Notes under the pieces: generated by a model
The model's input: the letters and a program-made list of their open reading frames with translations, nothing else
Databases searched by the model: none
Told to the model about the DNA's origin: nothing
Part shown: positions 36,280-48,068 of the stretch, one piece after another
Layout of the letters: each line of letters begins with the position of its first letter
How positions within the stretch are numbered: position 1 is the first letter of the stretch
NCBI GenBank assembly: GCA_024137785.1
Contig: JAHRHZ010000266.1
Location: forward strand, 260,738-324,737
Direction: 5' to 3'
Source of the DNA: Ginglymostoma cirratum
Taxonomy: Eukaryota
Length of the DNA: 64,000 nucleotides
Made by a program: the position numbers and the translations under genes

Positions 36280-38300
36280 TGTGAAACAAATAGGAGGAGA
36301 GGAGGCCATTCATTAGTCATGCTTTCTCCCCATAACTGTTGACCCCATTTGCCCCAAGTGCTATATCTAGTCGCCTTTTGAATGCATTCAATGTTTTGGC
36401 ATCAACTATTTCCTGTGGTAATGAATTCCGCAGGCTCAGCACTGTTTGGGTGAAGAAATGTCTCCTCATCTCTGTCCTAAATGGTCTGCCCTGAATCCAC
36501 AGACTGTGACCCCTGGTTCTGGAGACACCTAAAATTGGGAACATCGTCCCTGCATCTACCTTCTCTAGTCCTGTTAGAATTTTATAAATCTATATGAGAT
36601 TCCCCCTCATTTGTCTGAACTCTAGCAAAAACAATCCTAACCTAGTCAATCTCTCCTCATACATCAGTCGTGCCATCCCCCGAATCAGTCTGGTAAACCT
36701 CGCTGCATTGCCTCAAGAGCAAGAGCAGCCTTCCTCAGAAAAGGACACCAAAACTGCACACAATATTCTAGGCATGGCCTCACCAAGGCCCTTCATAACT
36801 GCAAAAACACATCCCTGCTCCTGTACTCAAAACCTCTCACAATGAAGGCCAACATACCATTTGCCTTTTTTAGCTGCTGTACCTGCATGATTACTTTCAG
36901 CAACTGGTGCACAAAGACACCCGGGTCTCGCTGCATACTCCTCTCTCCCAATTTACAGCCAATCAGGTAGTAATTAGCCTTCTTGTTTTGGCTTCCAAAG
37001 TGAATAACCTCACATTTATCCAAACTGGACTGCATCTGCCATTGATTTGCTCACCCACCCAACTGCTAAGGGATCTCTGCATCTTCGTCACATTTCACCC
37101 TCCCACCCAACTTGGTATCCAACTGCACATTTTGAGATGTTACATTTTGTTTCCTCATCCAAATCATTAGTTTATATTGTTTACAGCAGGGGTCCCAGCA
37201 CCAATCCCCGTGGCACACCACCAGTTAACTCCTGCCAATTTGAAAAGGACCCATTAATTCCTACTCTTTGTTTCCTCTCTGCCAACCAGTTCCCTATGCA
37301 TCTCAATATACTTCTCCTAATCCCATGCACTTTAACCTTGCACAATAATCTCTTATGCAGGATTTTGTCAAACGCTTTCTAAAAGTTCAAACGTACCACA
37401 TTGACTGGCTCCTCCTCATCAACTCTAATAGTTACAGCTTCATAAAATTCCAACAGATTGTTCAAGCATAATTTCCCCTTCTAAATCCATGTTGACTCTG
37501 ATCCTGCTACCACTTTCTAAATACTCCGCTGCAAAGTCCTTGATTATGGATTTGAAAATTTTCCCCACTACCAATGGTAGGCTCACGGGTATATAATTCC
37601 CTGTTTTCTCTCTGCCTCCCTTTTTGAATTACTGGTGTGACATTAGCTACCCTCCAATCTGCAGGGACTGTCCCAGAGTCGAGAGGATCCTGGAAGATGA
37701 CCGCCAGTGCATCCACTATTTCTAGAGCCACTTCCTCAAGTACTCTGGGATGTAGATTATTAGGACCTGGGGATTTATCTGCCTTTACTCCCATCAATTT
37801 TCCCAGCACCATCTCTCCACTAATATTGATCTCCCTCAATTCTTCCCTCTCACTAAATCTTGCATTCTCTAACATTTCCTGTATCTGATTTGTGACCTCT
37901 TTTGTGAAGACAGAGCCAAAGTGTGTATACAGTTGCTCAGCCATTTCTTTGTCCCATATTATACATTCCTCCATTTCTGTTTGCATGGAACCTGCACTTG
38001 TCTTCACCAATCTCTTTCTCTTCACGTACCTATAGAAACTCTTACTGTCAGTCTTTATGTTCCCTGCAAGCCTACTTTCAGACTGTATTTTCCTCATCTT
38101 AATCAATCCTTTGGTCCTTCTTTGCTGAATTCTAAACTGTTCCCAATCGTCAGATGTATTATTTTTCTTGGCCAATCTGAATGTTTTTGTGCCAGACAGG
38201 AATAAACAGTAGTTGCACATCCCCCATGCATCCCCAATCTATCAAGGCCAACTCACGCCTCATATCTTCATAGTTTCCTTTATTAAGATTCAGCATCCTA
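36280..38300 (-). mobile_element. CR1 ORF2 fragment
   Basis: KSFYRYVKRKR, DKSPGPNNLHPRVL, PADWRVANVTP, HFFTQTVLSL. Confidence 0.9.
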
Positions 38301-38302
38301 GT

Positions 38303-39946
38303 CCAGTGACCCTTCCTCAGAACTGATAGTAGCTAGGAAAATGTTGGTTTATACGCAGAAGATAGGGTGGGTGGAGAGGGTAAGGAGTAAACAATAGGTG
38401 GGGATACAGCAGATAACAATCCAACTAATAGGCTGAATAGCTAAAAATGGGGATTGTTAGTGCCTTACAATGGGTTGTGTGTAATAGCAGACTATGTGCT
38501 ATGCCTTCAGCGGTGCAGGGTGAGGTGTCTTGGAGCTGTGGAGGGTTGTTAGGAGTGAAGGAAGAGTGGACCAAGGTGTCCCAGAGGGAACGGTCCCTGC
38601 AGAAGGTGAACAAGGGAGGGCAATCATGTCTGGTGGTGGCATCTTGTTGGAGGTGATGGAAATTGCAGCTAAAGGTCCTCTGGATGTGAATGCTGGTCTG
38701 ATGGAAGGTAAGGTCAAGGGGAACCCTATTGCTGTTGCCAGAGGGAAGAGAGGGGGTAAGGGCCAAAGTGCGGGATATGGGTCGGACCCAGCTGAAGCAC
38801 CTGTCAACGTTGGTTGAAATTAGTATCATTGAAACATATGCGATGAAGACGGAGGAACTAGGAAATGCAATAGTGTCTTTACAGGAGGCAGCATGTGAGG
38901 ATGTATAGTCCAGGTAACTGTAGGAGTTGGTGGGTTTATAATGGATATGGGTGGCCAGTCTATCCCCAGAAATGGAAACAGAGATGTCAAGGAAGGGAAG
39001 GAAGGAGTCAGAGATGGACCAGGTGAAAATGAGGGCAGGGTGGAACTTGGAACCAAAATCGATTACCATAGAAGGTGTAACTCCTGTCCATTTACCTCCT
39101 CCCTCCTCAATATCCAAGTGTCCAACTATACCTTCCAGGTGAATTAGCCTTCACACAATCTAGCCTACTGCATTCACTGCTCACAATGTGGTCACTTCTA
39201 TCTTGAGGCAACAAAATGTAGTCTGGGTGACCACTTCGCAGAACACCTACTATCTGCCTGTAAAAAAGGCCCTGAGCTTCCAGTTGTCTGCCACTTCAAC
39301 ACACCACTCTGTTCCCTGGCCAATATATCTGTCTCAGGATTGCTGCAGTACTCCAGCAAAGCTCAGCATAAGCTGGAAAAACAACACCTCATTTCTGCTT
39401 GGGGACCTAGCAGCCCTCTGGACACAATATTGAGTTCAATAACTTTAGGGCTTGAACTCTCCCATCTCCTCGCCCCTAACCCCACGCAGCAGGCCTTGTT
39501 ATCACATAGTGCGCTATTACACACAACCCATTGTTGGCTACTGGCAATCCCCATTAGTAGTTATTCAGACAGGAGGCTGGAAGAACATAGCAAGCCAGGC
39601 AGCATTTGGAGGAAAGGAGTAGTCAACATTTCGGGTATTACCCTTCTTCAGGATTGTAGTTAGTAGTAGCTATTGGTAGCTTTTAGTAGCTATTCAGCTT
39701 CCTAACCAGATCGTTATCCACTCCTTTATCTGTCCAACTGTTCTTCCCTGTCTTTGGGCTCTATCCCCATCTATCATCTACTCCTTAGCCCCTCCCTCAA
39801 CCCTGTACCCACATAAAATCCAATATCTTCCTAGCTACCATCAGTTTTGAGGAAGGTTCACTGGACCTGAAATGTTAATTCTGATTTCTCCTCACAGATG
39901 CTGCCAGACCTGCTGAGCTTTTCCAGCAATTTCTTTTGTTGTTTCT
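38303..39946. mobile_element. Rearranged PLE with inverted ends (RT/thumb on minus, GIY-YIG on plus)
   Basis: FHPALIFTWSIS..LPFLDISV..IHYKPTNSYSYLDY on minus; GIY-YIG-like segment 39110-39450 on plus. pLTR/hammerhead remnants at both ends and an extra unit at 39569-39653. Confidence 0.75.
39621..39653 (-). ncRNA. Hammerhead ribozyme motif (CpG-decayed stem III)
   Basis: Minus strand CTGAAGA-a-GGGT-aat-ACCC-GAAA-TG-TT. Confidence 0.55.
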
Positions 39947-40009
39947 TGGTTAATTTATACTTGAGAGCCTTATCCGAGTCAGTAATAAGATTATAAGGCA
40001 GTAAAATCA

Positions 40010-40900
40010 TAAGACTATAACAAACGCGAACAGGTGTCGGCTGTTGGGCCCATCGAATCTGCTGTACCATTCAACAGAATCATGGCAGATCCGACAATCC
40101 TCTAGTCCACTTTCTCGCCCTTTCTCATGAATCCTCAACTTATCAAAAATTTATCTCAGCTTTTAAATGTACACAAGGACTCTGCCCCAACAGTTGTCTT
40201 AATATTGACTACATATAAATGAGGCTCAAGCATTGATTCATACAACCAACCATAAAATATTCAGTTTACTTTATTTCTACTCTGTTTTCTGTAGATTAAC
40301 AAATCCCCAATCTATTACATATTATTCCCAATCCTATGAGCCCTAATTTTATCAATCTCTCATAGATCTTATCGAATGCTTTATGAAAACCCAAGTACAT
40401 TTCAAGCGCGGGATTCACCTTATCAGTTCCCTGTGCTCATACCACTAGACATATCATCAAAAAAGAATCAAACAGATTTGTCAAAAAGAACTTCTCTTTA
40501 ACAAATCAATGTTGCTTTCTATGATCCATAGAAAGCCCTGCATACCCTACTTTTAACTCCTTCTCGAGGACCACTAACAAAGCTACCTTAATAGTCACAT
40601 TGTTTCAACCTTCCCTTGCCCAATGAAATGTGCTTCCTCCTACCTCCCCTTATTTTTCCTTCACTTATCCAGTTTCTTTGGACTTATAACTGTGACATTT
40701 CTGACAATTTCTGACATTTTAACAGCTTCCTACACATAAGACATAAGGGCCAAAGTAGGCTGTTCAGTCCATTTAGTCTGCTCCCCCATTCGATGAGATC
40801 ATGGCTGATCTGATAATCTTGAACTTGTCTTTCCTGCTATTCCCATAATCCTTAATTCCCTCACTTTAAAAATCTGTCTATCCCAGACTTGAATATATTT
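40010..40900 (-). mobile_element. Old CR1 fragments and 3' UTRs
   Basis: taagac tail repeats; remnant of the RT KAFDK region at ~40370. Confidence 0.5.
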
Positions 40901-41585
40901 ATAAAACCATAAGGGCCCCTGAATGACTCCCTCTCACCACGTGGACGTACAATCCCCCTATATTTCCATCACCCACCAGGGTGGCTGCAGATGGACTGGC
41001 CAATCTCTATTGTAAGAACTGTGTCTTTTTATTTTTTACGTGTTTAAAAACTATTGAAAAACTATTGACTGAAATGAGTAAAAGCTGTTTAGAAGAAAAA
41101 TGTATTCAATAGGGTAGTTGTATGTTTTGAAAACCAATTAAGCTAACACCCATTGGTTGAACAAACAATAACTGAAGTTTGAACTGCAGATGGACCTGAG
41201 GGATGTACTGATGCAGCTTTCAGTGGCAGCAGGAAATTGCACTGGTCCATGGACTTGTGACTAGTTATCAATGACAGCAACCTTTTGCCTGACAACAACC
41301 GTACAACTGATTGTCAGGTAAATGAGCAGCTTGGAGCTGGGATCAAATTACAAAGTGAGAGAATTGTAAGTTCTTCTCCAGCTCAGGAGTGGTCTCTCTT
41401 GTCTCTTCAGTCAAAAAATAGCTTATGTTTCCTGCAACAGTTGTTGAATGCTGTGACTTTTAACTGGCTATTTGGTGTCTCTTACCAACTAGTAGAAGCA
41501 TCTGGAGAAAGGTGACTAAGTGCTGGCCAGCAAGAAAGTCATAAAGACCATCTCAACAACAGTTCAAAGGAACAAAGATTACTGA

Positions 41586-41677
41586 TAACACAGTGTGGAG
41601 CTGGAGGAACACAGAAGGCCAGGCAGCATCAGAGGTGCAAGAAAGTTGACGTTTCGGGTTGGGACCCTTCTTCAGAA
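41586..41677 (-). mobile_element. 92-bp tail-less PLE unit starting at the hammerhead
   Basis: TSD aaagattactga at 41574-41585 and 41678-41689. Confidence 0.85.
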
Positions 41678-41678
41678 A
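41645..41678 (-). ncRNA. Minimal type I hammerhead ribozyme motif
   Basis: Minus strand ttt-CTGAAGA-a-GGGT-ccca-ACCC-GAAA-CG-TC-aa. Confidence 0.75.
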
Positions 41679-41723
41679 AAGATTACTGAACTGTCTTTCC
41701 AGATTTTCTCCTCTGTACAGCGC

Positions 41724-41724
<1 letters not shown>

Positions 41725-41758
<34 letters not shown>

Positions 41759-41761
41759 TGT
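41725..41761. repeat. (TG)n microsatellite
   Basis: About 15 uninterrupted TG units. Confidence 0.95.
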
Positions 41762-42455
41762 ACAAAATATTATACCTTAGGCCTCCCAATAGCCAGCAGG
41801 AGATAGAGGAACAGATATATAAGCATATCAGGGAATGATGCAAAAATAATAGAATTGTTGTAGTGGGTGATTTTAACTTCCCCAACTTTGACTAGGACTC
41901 CCTTAGTGCCCAGGGCTTAGATGGGACAGAATGTGTTAGCTGCCTCCAGGAGGGATTGTTGAAACAATATATAGATTGCCCAACTAGGGAAGAGGCTGTA
42001 CTCGACCTTGTATTGGGGTATGAGCTTGGCTAGGTGATTGAAATTTCAGTGGTGTGCATTTTGGAAACAGTGATCATAATTCAGTTAAATTTTAAGATAA
42101 TTATGGATAAGGATAAGATTAGTCCTCAGGTGAAAGTACTAAATTAGGAGAAGGCTAATTATAATGCAAGGAGTAAGGAACTGGAGAAATTAGATTGGAG
42201 AGTGGCTGTTTGAGGGTAAATGCATTCCTACATGGTGGGAGTCTTTTAAAGACCAGTTGATCAGAATTAAGGACCAGCATGTTCCTGTGAGGATAAAAGG
42301 TAAAGATGGGCAGACTCAGAAACCCTGGACGCCAAGGGAAACTGAAAGTTTAGTTGAAAATAAAAAGGAAGTATTTGTTAAATTCAGAAAATTAACATCA
42401 GATAACGCCATTGATGAATATAAGAGAAGCAGAAAAGAACATAAACAAATATTAG

Positions 42456-42657
42456 CTATAACACAGTCTAAAGCTGGAATAACACAGAAAGGCAGGCAGC
42501 ATTGGAGGAGCAGGAAAGTTGACGTTTCGGGTCGGAAGAAGGGTCCTGACCCGAAACATCAACTTTTCTGCTCCTCTGACGCTGCCTGGCCTGCTTGTGT
42601 ACTTCCAGCTCCATACTGAGCTATCTCTGATTCCATCATCAGCAGTTCTTGCTATCA
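42456..42657 (+). mobile_element. PLE mini-hairpin (family A, older)
   Basis: Inverted arms meeting inside the hammerhead, plus tail. Imperfect TSD ataaacaa..attag at 42441-42455 and 42658-42672. Confidence 0.8.
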
Positions 42658-43580
42658 ATAAACAAGAATTAGGAGGGCTAGAAGGGGCCATAAAATGCCC
42701 TCGGGAAGAAGGATTAAGAAAAATTCCAAGGCATTTTATACATTTTTTAGGGAGATGCTAAGATTCCTAAAATACGTATAAAATGCCTTAGGATTTTTCT
42801 TAATCCTTCTTGCCAAGGACATTTTGTGGCTCCAGAAGATTCTAAGGCATTTTATATGTATTTTAGGAGAAAAAGGGTAACTATAAAAAGGGTAGGCCCA
42901 CTCAAGGACTAAGGAGGAAATTTATTTTTGGAGCCAGAGGAATTGGGTAAGGTCTTTCATGAGTACTTTGCATCCAGTATTTACAAAGGAGAAAGACATG
43001 GATGATGTAAGATTTGGTAGGGACATATTGGTATTTTAGGGCATGTCGATATTAAGACGTAGACGTGTTTGGTGTCTTGAAAAATATTAAAATAGATAAG
43101 ACCCCAAGGTCTGATGGGAGCTATCCAGAGGTACTGAAGTAAGTGAGGGAGGAGATTGCTGGGGCCTTGACAGAGGTCTTTGTATTCAATTTAGCCATAG
43201 GCAAGGTCCCATAAGATTGGAGAATAGCCGACATTGCTTTTTTGTTTAAGAAGGATAATCCTGGAAATTGTAGGTTAGTGAGACTTACATCGGTCAAAGG
43301 AGGATTATTGGAGAACATTCTTAGGGACAGGATATATTTGCATTTGGAAAAGAGTGGGCTTATTAGGGATAGTCAGCATGGCTTTATGCAGGGCATAACT
43401 TGTCTAACAAAATTAATTGAGACTTTTGACAGTGACAAAGATGATTGATGAGACAGTGGATGTTGTCTAAAGCATTTGACAGGGTTCTTTATGGTAGCCT
43501 GGTCCAGAAGATTAAATCACAGGAATCTATGGTAAGTCGGCAAATCGCTGGGTCATAGGAAACAGAGGGTAATTGTGGAG

Positions 43581-43665
43581 ATAACAAGGTGCAGAGCTGG
43601 ATGAACACAGCAAGCCAAGCAGCATCAGAGCAACAGGAAGGCTGACATTTTGGGCCTAGATCCTT
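43581..43665 (-). mobile_element. Tail-less PLE unit inserted in CR1
   Basis: ataacaaggtgcagagctggatgaacacagc...gggcctagatcctt; the host frame resumes after it. Confidence 0.75.
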
Positions 43666-44401
43666 GAGGGGTGTTTTTGTTTGACTGGAAGTCTGTGACC
43701 AGTGGTGTTTCGCAAGGATCAGTGCTGGGATCTCTGTTGTTTGTAACATACATCTATTTAAATGATGAAAATGTAGATGGTCCAAATTGTAAGTTTGTAG
43801 GTGACACAAAAATTGGTGGAGTTGTTGCTAATGAGGAAGGTTATCAAAGGATGCAGCAGGATATAGATCAGTTGGAAAGTTGGGCAGAGAGATTGCATAT
43901 GGAGTTAATGTGGACAAGTGTGAGGTGATGCATTTTGGGAGGTCAAATGCAAAAGGATACAGTTAATGGCAGGACCCTTAGGAACACTGAGACAGATCTT
44001 GGGATCTAAGTCCACAGCTCCCTGAAAGTGACAACACAAGTGAATATGGTAGTAAAGAATGCGTACAGCATACTTACCTTCATTGGTTGGGGCATCGAAT
44101 ATAAAAGTTGGCAAGTCAAGTTGCAGCTGTACAGCACAATAGTTTGGCCACATTTGGAGTATTGTTTGTGGTTCTGGTTGCCACACTATAAGAAGGTTGT
44201 GAAGGCTTTGGAGAGGTTGCAAATGAGGTTTACCAGGATGTTGCCTAGATTGGGGTATTTGAGCTATAAAGAGAGTTTGGTTCGACCACATGTGGAATAC
44301 TGCGTACAGTTCTGATTGCCACATTACCAAAAGGATGTGGATGCTGTGGAGAGGGTGCACCAGGATGTTGCCTGGTCTGGAGGGTGCTAGCTATGAAGAG
44401 A

Positions 44402-44697
44402 GAATCATAGAATCCCTACAGTGTGGAAACAGGCCCTTCAGCCCAACAAGTCCGCACTGAACCTCAGAGCATCCACCCAGACCCACTCCCCCAACAACAC
44501 TACGGGCAATCTAGCATGGCCAATCCACCTAACCTGCACATCTTTGGACTGTGGGAGGAAACCAGAGCACCTGGAGGAAACCCACACAGACATGGGGAGA
44601 ATGTGCAAACTCCACACAGACAGATGCCCGAGGCTGGAATCGAACCCAGGTCCCTGGCGCTGTGAGGCAGCAGTGCTAACCACTGAGGCACCATGCC
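44402..44697 (-). mobile_element. HE1-like SINE
   Basis: Full-length reverse-complement copy. Confidence 0.9.
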
Positions 44698-45139
44698 AGT
44701 TGAGTAGATTAGGATTATTTACATTAGAAAGATGGAGGTTTAGGGGGGACCTGATCGAGGTCCACAAAATCATGAGAGGTATAGAAAGGGTGGATAGCAA
44801 GAGGCATTTTCCTAGAGTGGGGGACTCAATTACTAGGGGTCACGATTTCAAGGCAAGAGGGGAGAAGTTTAAGGGAGATAAGCGTTGGAAGTTCTTTACA
44901 CAGAGGGTGGTGGGTGCCTGGAACGCTTTGCCAGCGGAGGTGGTAGAGGCGGGCACGATAGCGTCATTTAAGATGTATCTAGGCAGATACATGAATGGGC
45001 AGGGAGCAGAGGGATACAGATCCTTGGAAAATAGGCGACAGGTTTAGATAGAGGATCTGGATCGGCGCAGGCTTGGAGGGCTGAAGGGCCTGTTCCTGTG
45101 CTGTAATTTTCTTTGGTCTTTGTTCTTCTTTGTTCAAAC

Positions 45140-46660
45140 GTGGATGGTTTCTGCTAGATCATCAGAAGCATTGAAAATTTTTGGTTAATCAGGTTTCATA
45201 ACAGATAGGTCATGCCTGACAAATTTTATTGAATTTTAAAAGAGGTGACTAAGGTACTAGAAAGAGAATTATCTATGTATGTTGTTTATATAGATTTCCA
45301 GAAGGCACTTAATAAATTTCGACATAAGAGACTGTCAGCTAAGGTATAAGCCCATAGACTTGACAGCAAATTACTGACATGATTGGGAAATCGGTTGAGT
45401 AGTAAGCAGCAAGTAGGAATAATGGGTAGGTAATCAAATCGGCAGGATGTGACTAGCAAGTTCCAAAAGAATCTGTGTTAGGCCCTCAATTATTCACAAT
45501 GTTTATTAACGACTTGGATCACAGCATAGAAAGTCATATAACTAAATTTGTGGATGCTACAAAGTTTGGCGGCATTATAAACTATAGATAACAGGATAAA
45601 ATTAAAAAGGGATATTGGTAGGCCAGATGAATGGGAAAACCATGGCATTTAGATTTCAATGTAGGCAAGTATGAAGTCCAAAAAATGATAGATCAGGATA
45701 CTTTCTAGATGCCATGAAGTTAAATACAGTGGATGTCCAAAAAGACTTGTGATTCAGATGCATAGATCTTTAAAATGCCACAAACAATTGCTTAAAATAA
45801 TCAAGGAAGCTAATGGGTAGTTGGCCTTTATATCCAGAGGACAGAAGTTAAAGGATTAAGAAGCTATGCTGCAGCTATGCAAAACACTGGTTAGACTTCA
45901 TTTGGAATACTGTGAGCAGTTCTGGGCGCCACATCTTAGAGGGAGTACAACATAGGTCTTCAAGACTGATTTCTGGACTTCAGGGATCAAGAAATGAGAA
46001 GAAATTATGTAAATTAGGCCTGTTTTCTCTAAAACTTAAAGGTTAAATGGTGATCTGATTGAAGTATTCAAGATATTATCAGGAAAAGACTGGGTAGATA
46101 AAGACAAACTATTTCCACTTGTTTGAGATTCTAAAACTAAGGAGCGTGGTCTAAAAATTAGGGCTAGACCGTTCAGGATAGATGTTAGGAAGCACTTCTA
46201 CACACAAAGGGTGGTAGAGGTTTAGAACTCTCTTCCACAAAAGGCAGTAATGCAGATTCAGTTGTTACTTTTAAATCATAAAAAGCTAGCATTCAACATG
46301 GTAAAAGGGAAGGCAAATGGAATGTTGCTAAAACTATACAAGTCACTAGTCAGACCATAGCTGGAATACTGTGAACAGATTTGGGCCCATTATCTAAAGA
46401 AAGATTTACTGGCATTGGAGGCAGTTCAGAGAAAGTTCACAAGGCTGATGCTGGGTCTGGAGAGACTGTCTTATGAGGAGGTTGTGTAGGTTGGGCCTGT
46501 TCTCGTTGGAGTTTAGAAGAATGAGTGGCAACCTTACTGAAACATACAAAGATTCTTAAGGGACTGACAAGTAGATGAGGTGATATTGTTTCCCCATGTA
46601 GGAGAGTCCAGAGGGCATAATCTCAAAATAAAGGTCGCACATTTAAGAAAGAAATAATGA
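45140..46660 (+). mobile_element. Older CR1 RT/3' fragments
   Basis: DFQKA, KFVDATK, LEYCEQFWAP motifs. Confidence 0.75.
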
Positions 46661-46661
46661 G

Positions 46662-47586
46662 GAATCCCCCTTGTCCTCACATATCACCCCATCAACATCC
46701 GTATCCAATATATCATTCTTCGTCACTTCCGCCACCTACCATCCGACCCCACAACCAAAGAAATATTTCCCTCCCCACCCCTGTCTGCCTTTAGTAGGGA
46801 CCACATTCTCTGTGACTCCCTCATTTACTCCACACTCCCCACTAACCCCACACCCCCCAGCACCTTTCCCTGCAACCACAGTAAGTGCTACACCTGCCCC
46901 TACACCTCCCCCCTCACCTCCATTCAAGGCACCAAACAAACCTTCCACATTAGACAGAGGTTCACCTGCACATCTGTCAATGTGGTCTATTGCATCCGTT
47001 GCTCCTGACGTGGCCTCCTCTACATCAGTGAGACCAAGCGGAGGTTCAGAGACCATTTTGTAGAGCACCTGCGCTTTGTTTGCAACAAACGACAATACCT
47101 TCCGGTCGCAAGCCATTTTAACTCCCCCTCCCACTCCCGGAGTGACATGTCCATCCCAGGCCTCCTCCATTGTCACAATGATGCCACCTGCAAACTGGAG
47201 GAGCAGCACCTCATATTCCGCCTTGGGAGCCTACAGCAGAATGGCCTAAACATGGATTTCACCAGTTTTAAAATCTCCCCACCCAGGCCTCATCCCATGA
47301 CTAAGTCTCCCTCTCATCCCTGTCTCCTTGACCTGACACAACCTGTCCACCTTCTCTCCCACCTTTCCGCCACTCCCACCTCACTGACCAATCCCACCAC
47401 TCCCAACTTGCACTCACCTATCACCATCCCACCTACCTTCCCCAACCCCACCCCTCCTCTCTCTATTTATTTCTCAGCACCCTTGCCTCTCTCCATTTCT
47501 GAAGAAGGGTCCCGGCACAAAACGTCAACTTTCCTGCTCCTCCGATGCTGTCTGGCTGAGTTCCTTCAGCTCGACATTGTGTTATA
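46662..47586 (+). mobile_element. 5'-truncated PLE (GIY-YIG to pLTR), same family as 52581-54471
   Basis: CNHSKCYTCP, VVYCIRCS..GLLYISETKR, LEEQHLIFRLGSLQ; decayed hammerhead at ~47496-47529. Confidence 0.85.
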
Positions 47587-47751
47587 CATAGAACTGGGGA
47601 GTCATAGTTTAAAAATAAGGGCTTGCCCATTTAAGACAGAGCTGAGGAAATATCATTTTTTTCTCTCAGAGTGTTGAGTTTCTTTGGAATTCCCCTCCTT
47701 AAAGATTCTGCATCCAGTGCCTTTTAACTCTTTTTAAGGCAGCAGAAGGGG

Positions 47752-48068
47752 AGACACAGTGGGTCTGTGGTTAGCACTGTTGCCTCACAGTGCCAGGAAC
47801 CCGAGTTTGATTCCACCCTTGGGCGACTGTCTATGTGGAGCTTGCACATTCTTCCTGTGTCTGCGTGACTTTCCTCCAGGTGCTACAGTTTCCTCCCACA
47901 GTCCAAAGGTGTGTAGGCTAGGTGGATTGGCCAAGCTAAATTGCCCACAGTGTGCAGGGATGTGTAGATTAAGTGGGTTATGGGGATGGGTCTGGGTGGG
48001 ATGCTCTGAGGGTTGGTGTGGACTTGTTGGGCTGAAGGGCCTGTTTCCACACTGTAGGGATTCTATGA
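47752..48068 (+). mobile_element. HE1-like SINE within a CR1 3' end
   Basis: HE1 head, core and tail. Confidence 0.85.

Larger units (their letters stand above)
41770..45135 (+). mobile_element. CR1 ORF2 (APE to 3' end), with a younger CR1 3' end appended from ~44280
   Basis: VVVGDFNFP, GNSDHN, SQHGFMQG, VTSGVSQGSVLG, HLEYC..FW occurring twice, RGDLIEVHKIMRG, ttctttg tail. Confidence 0.85.
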
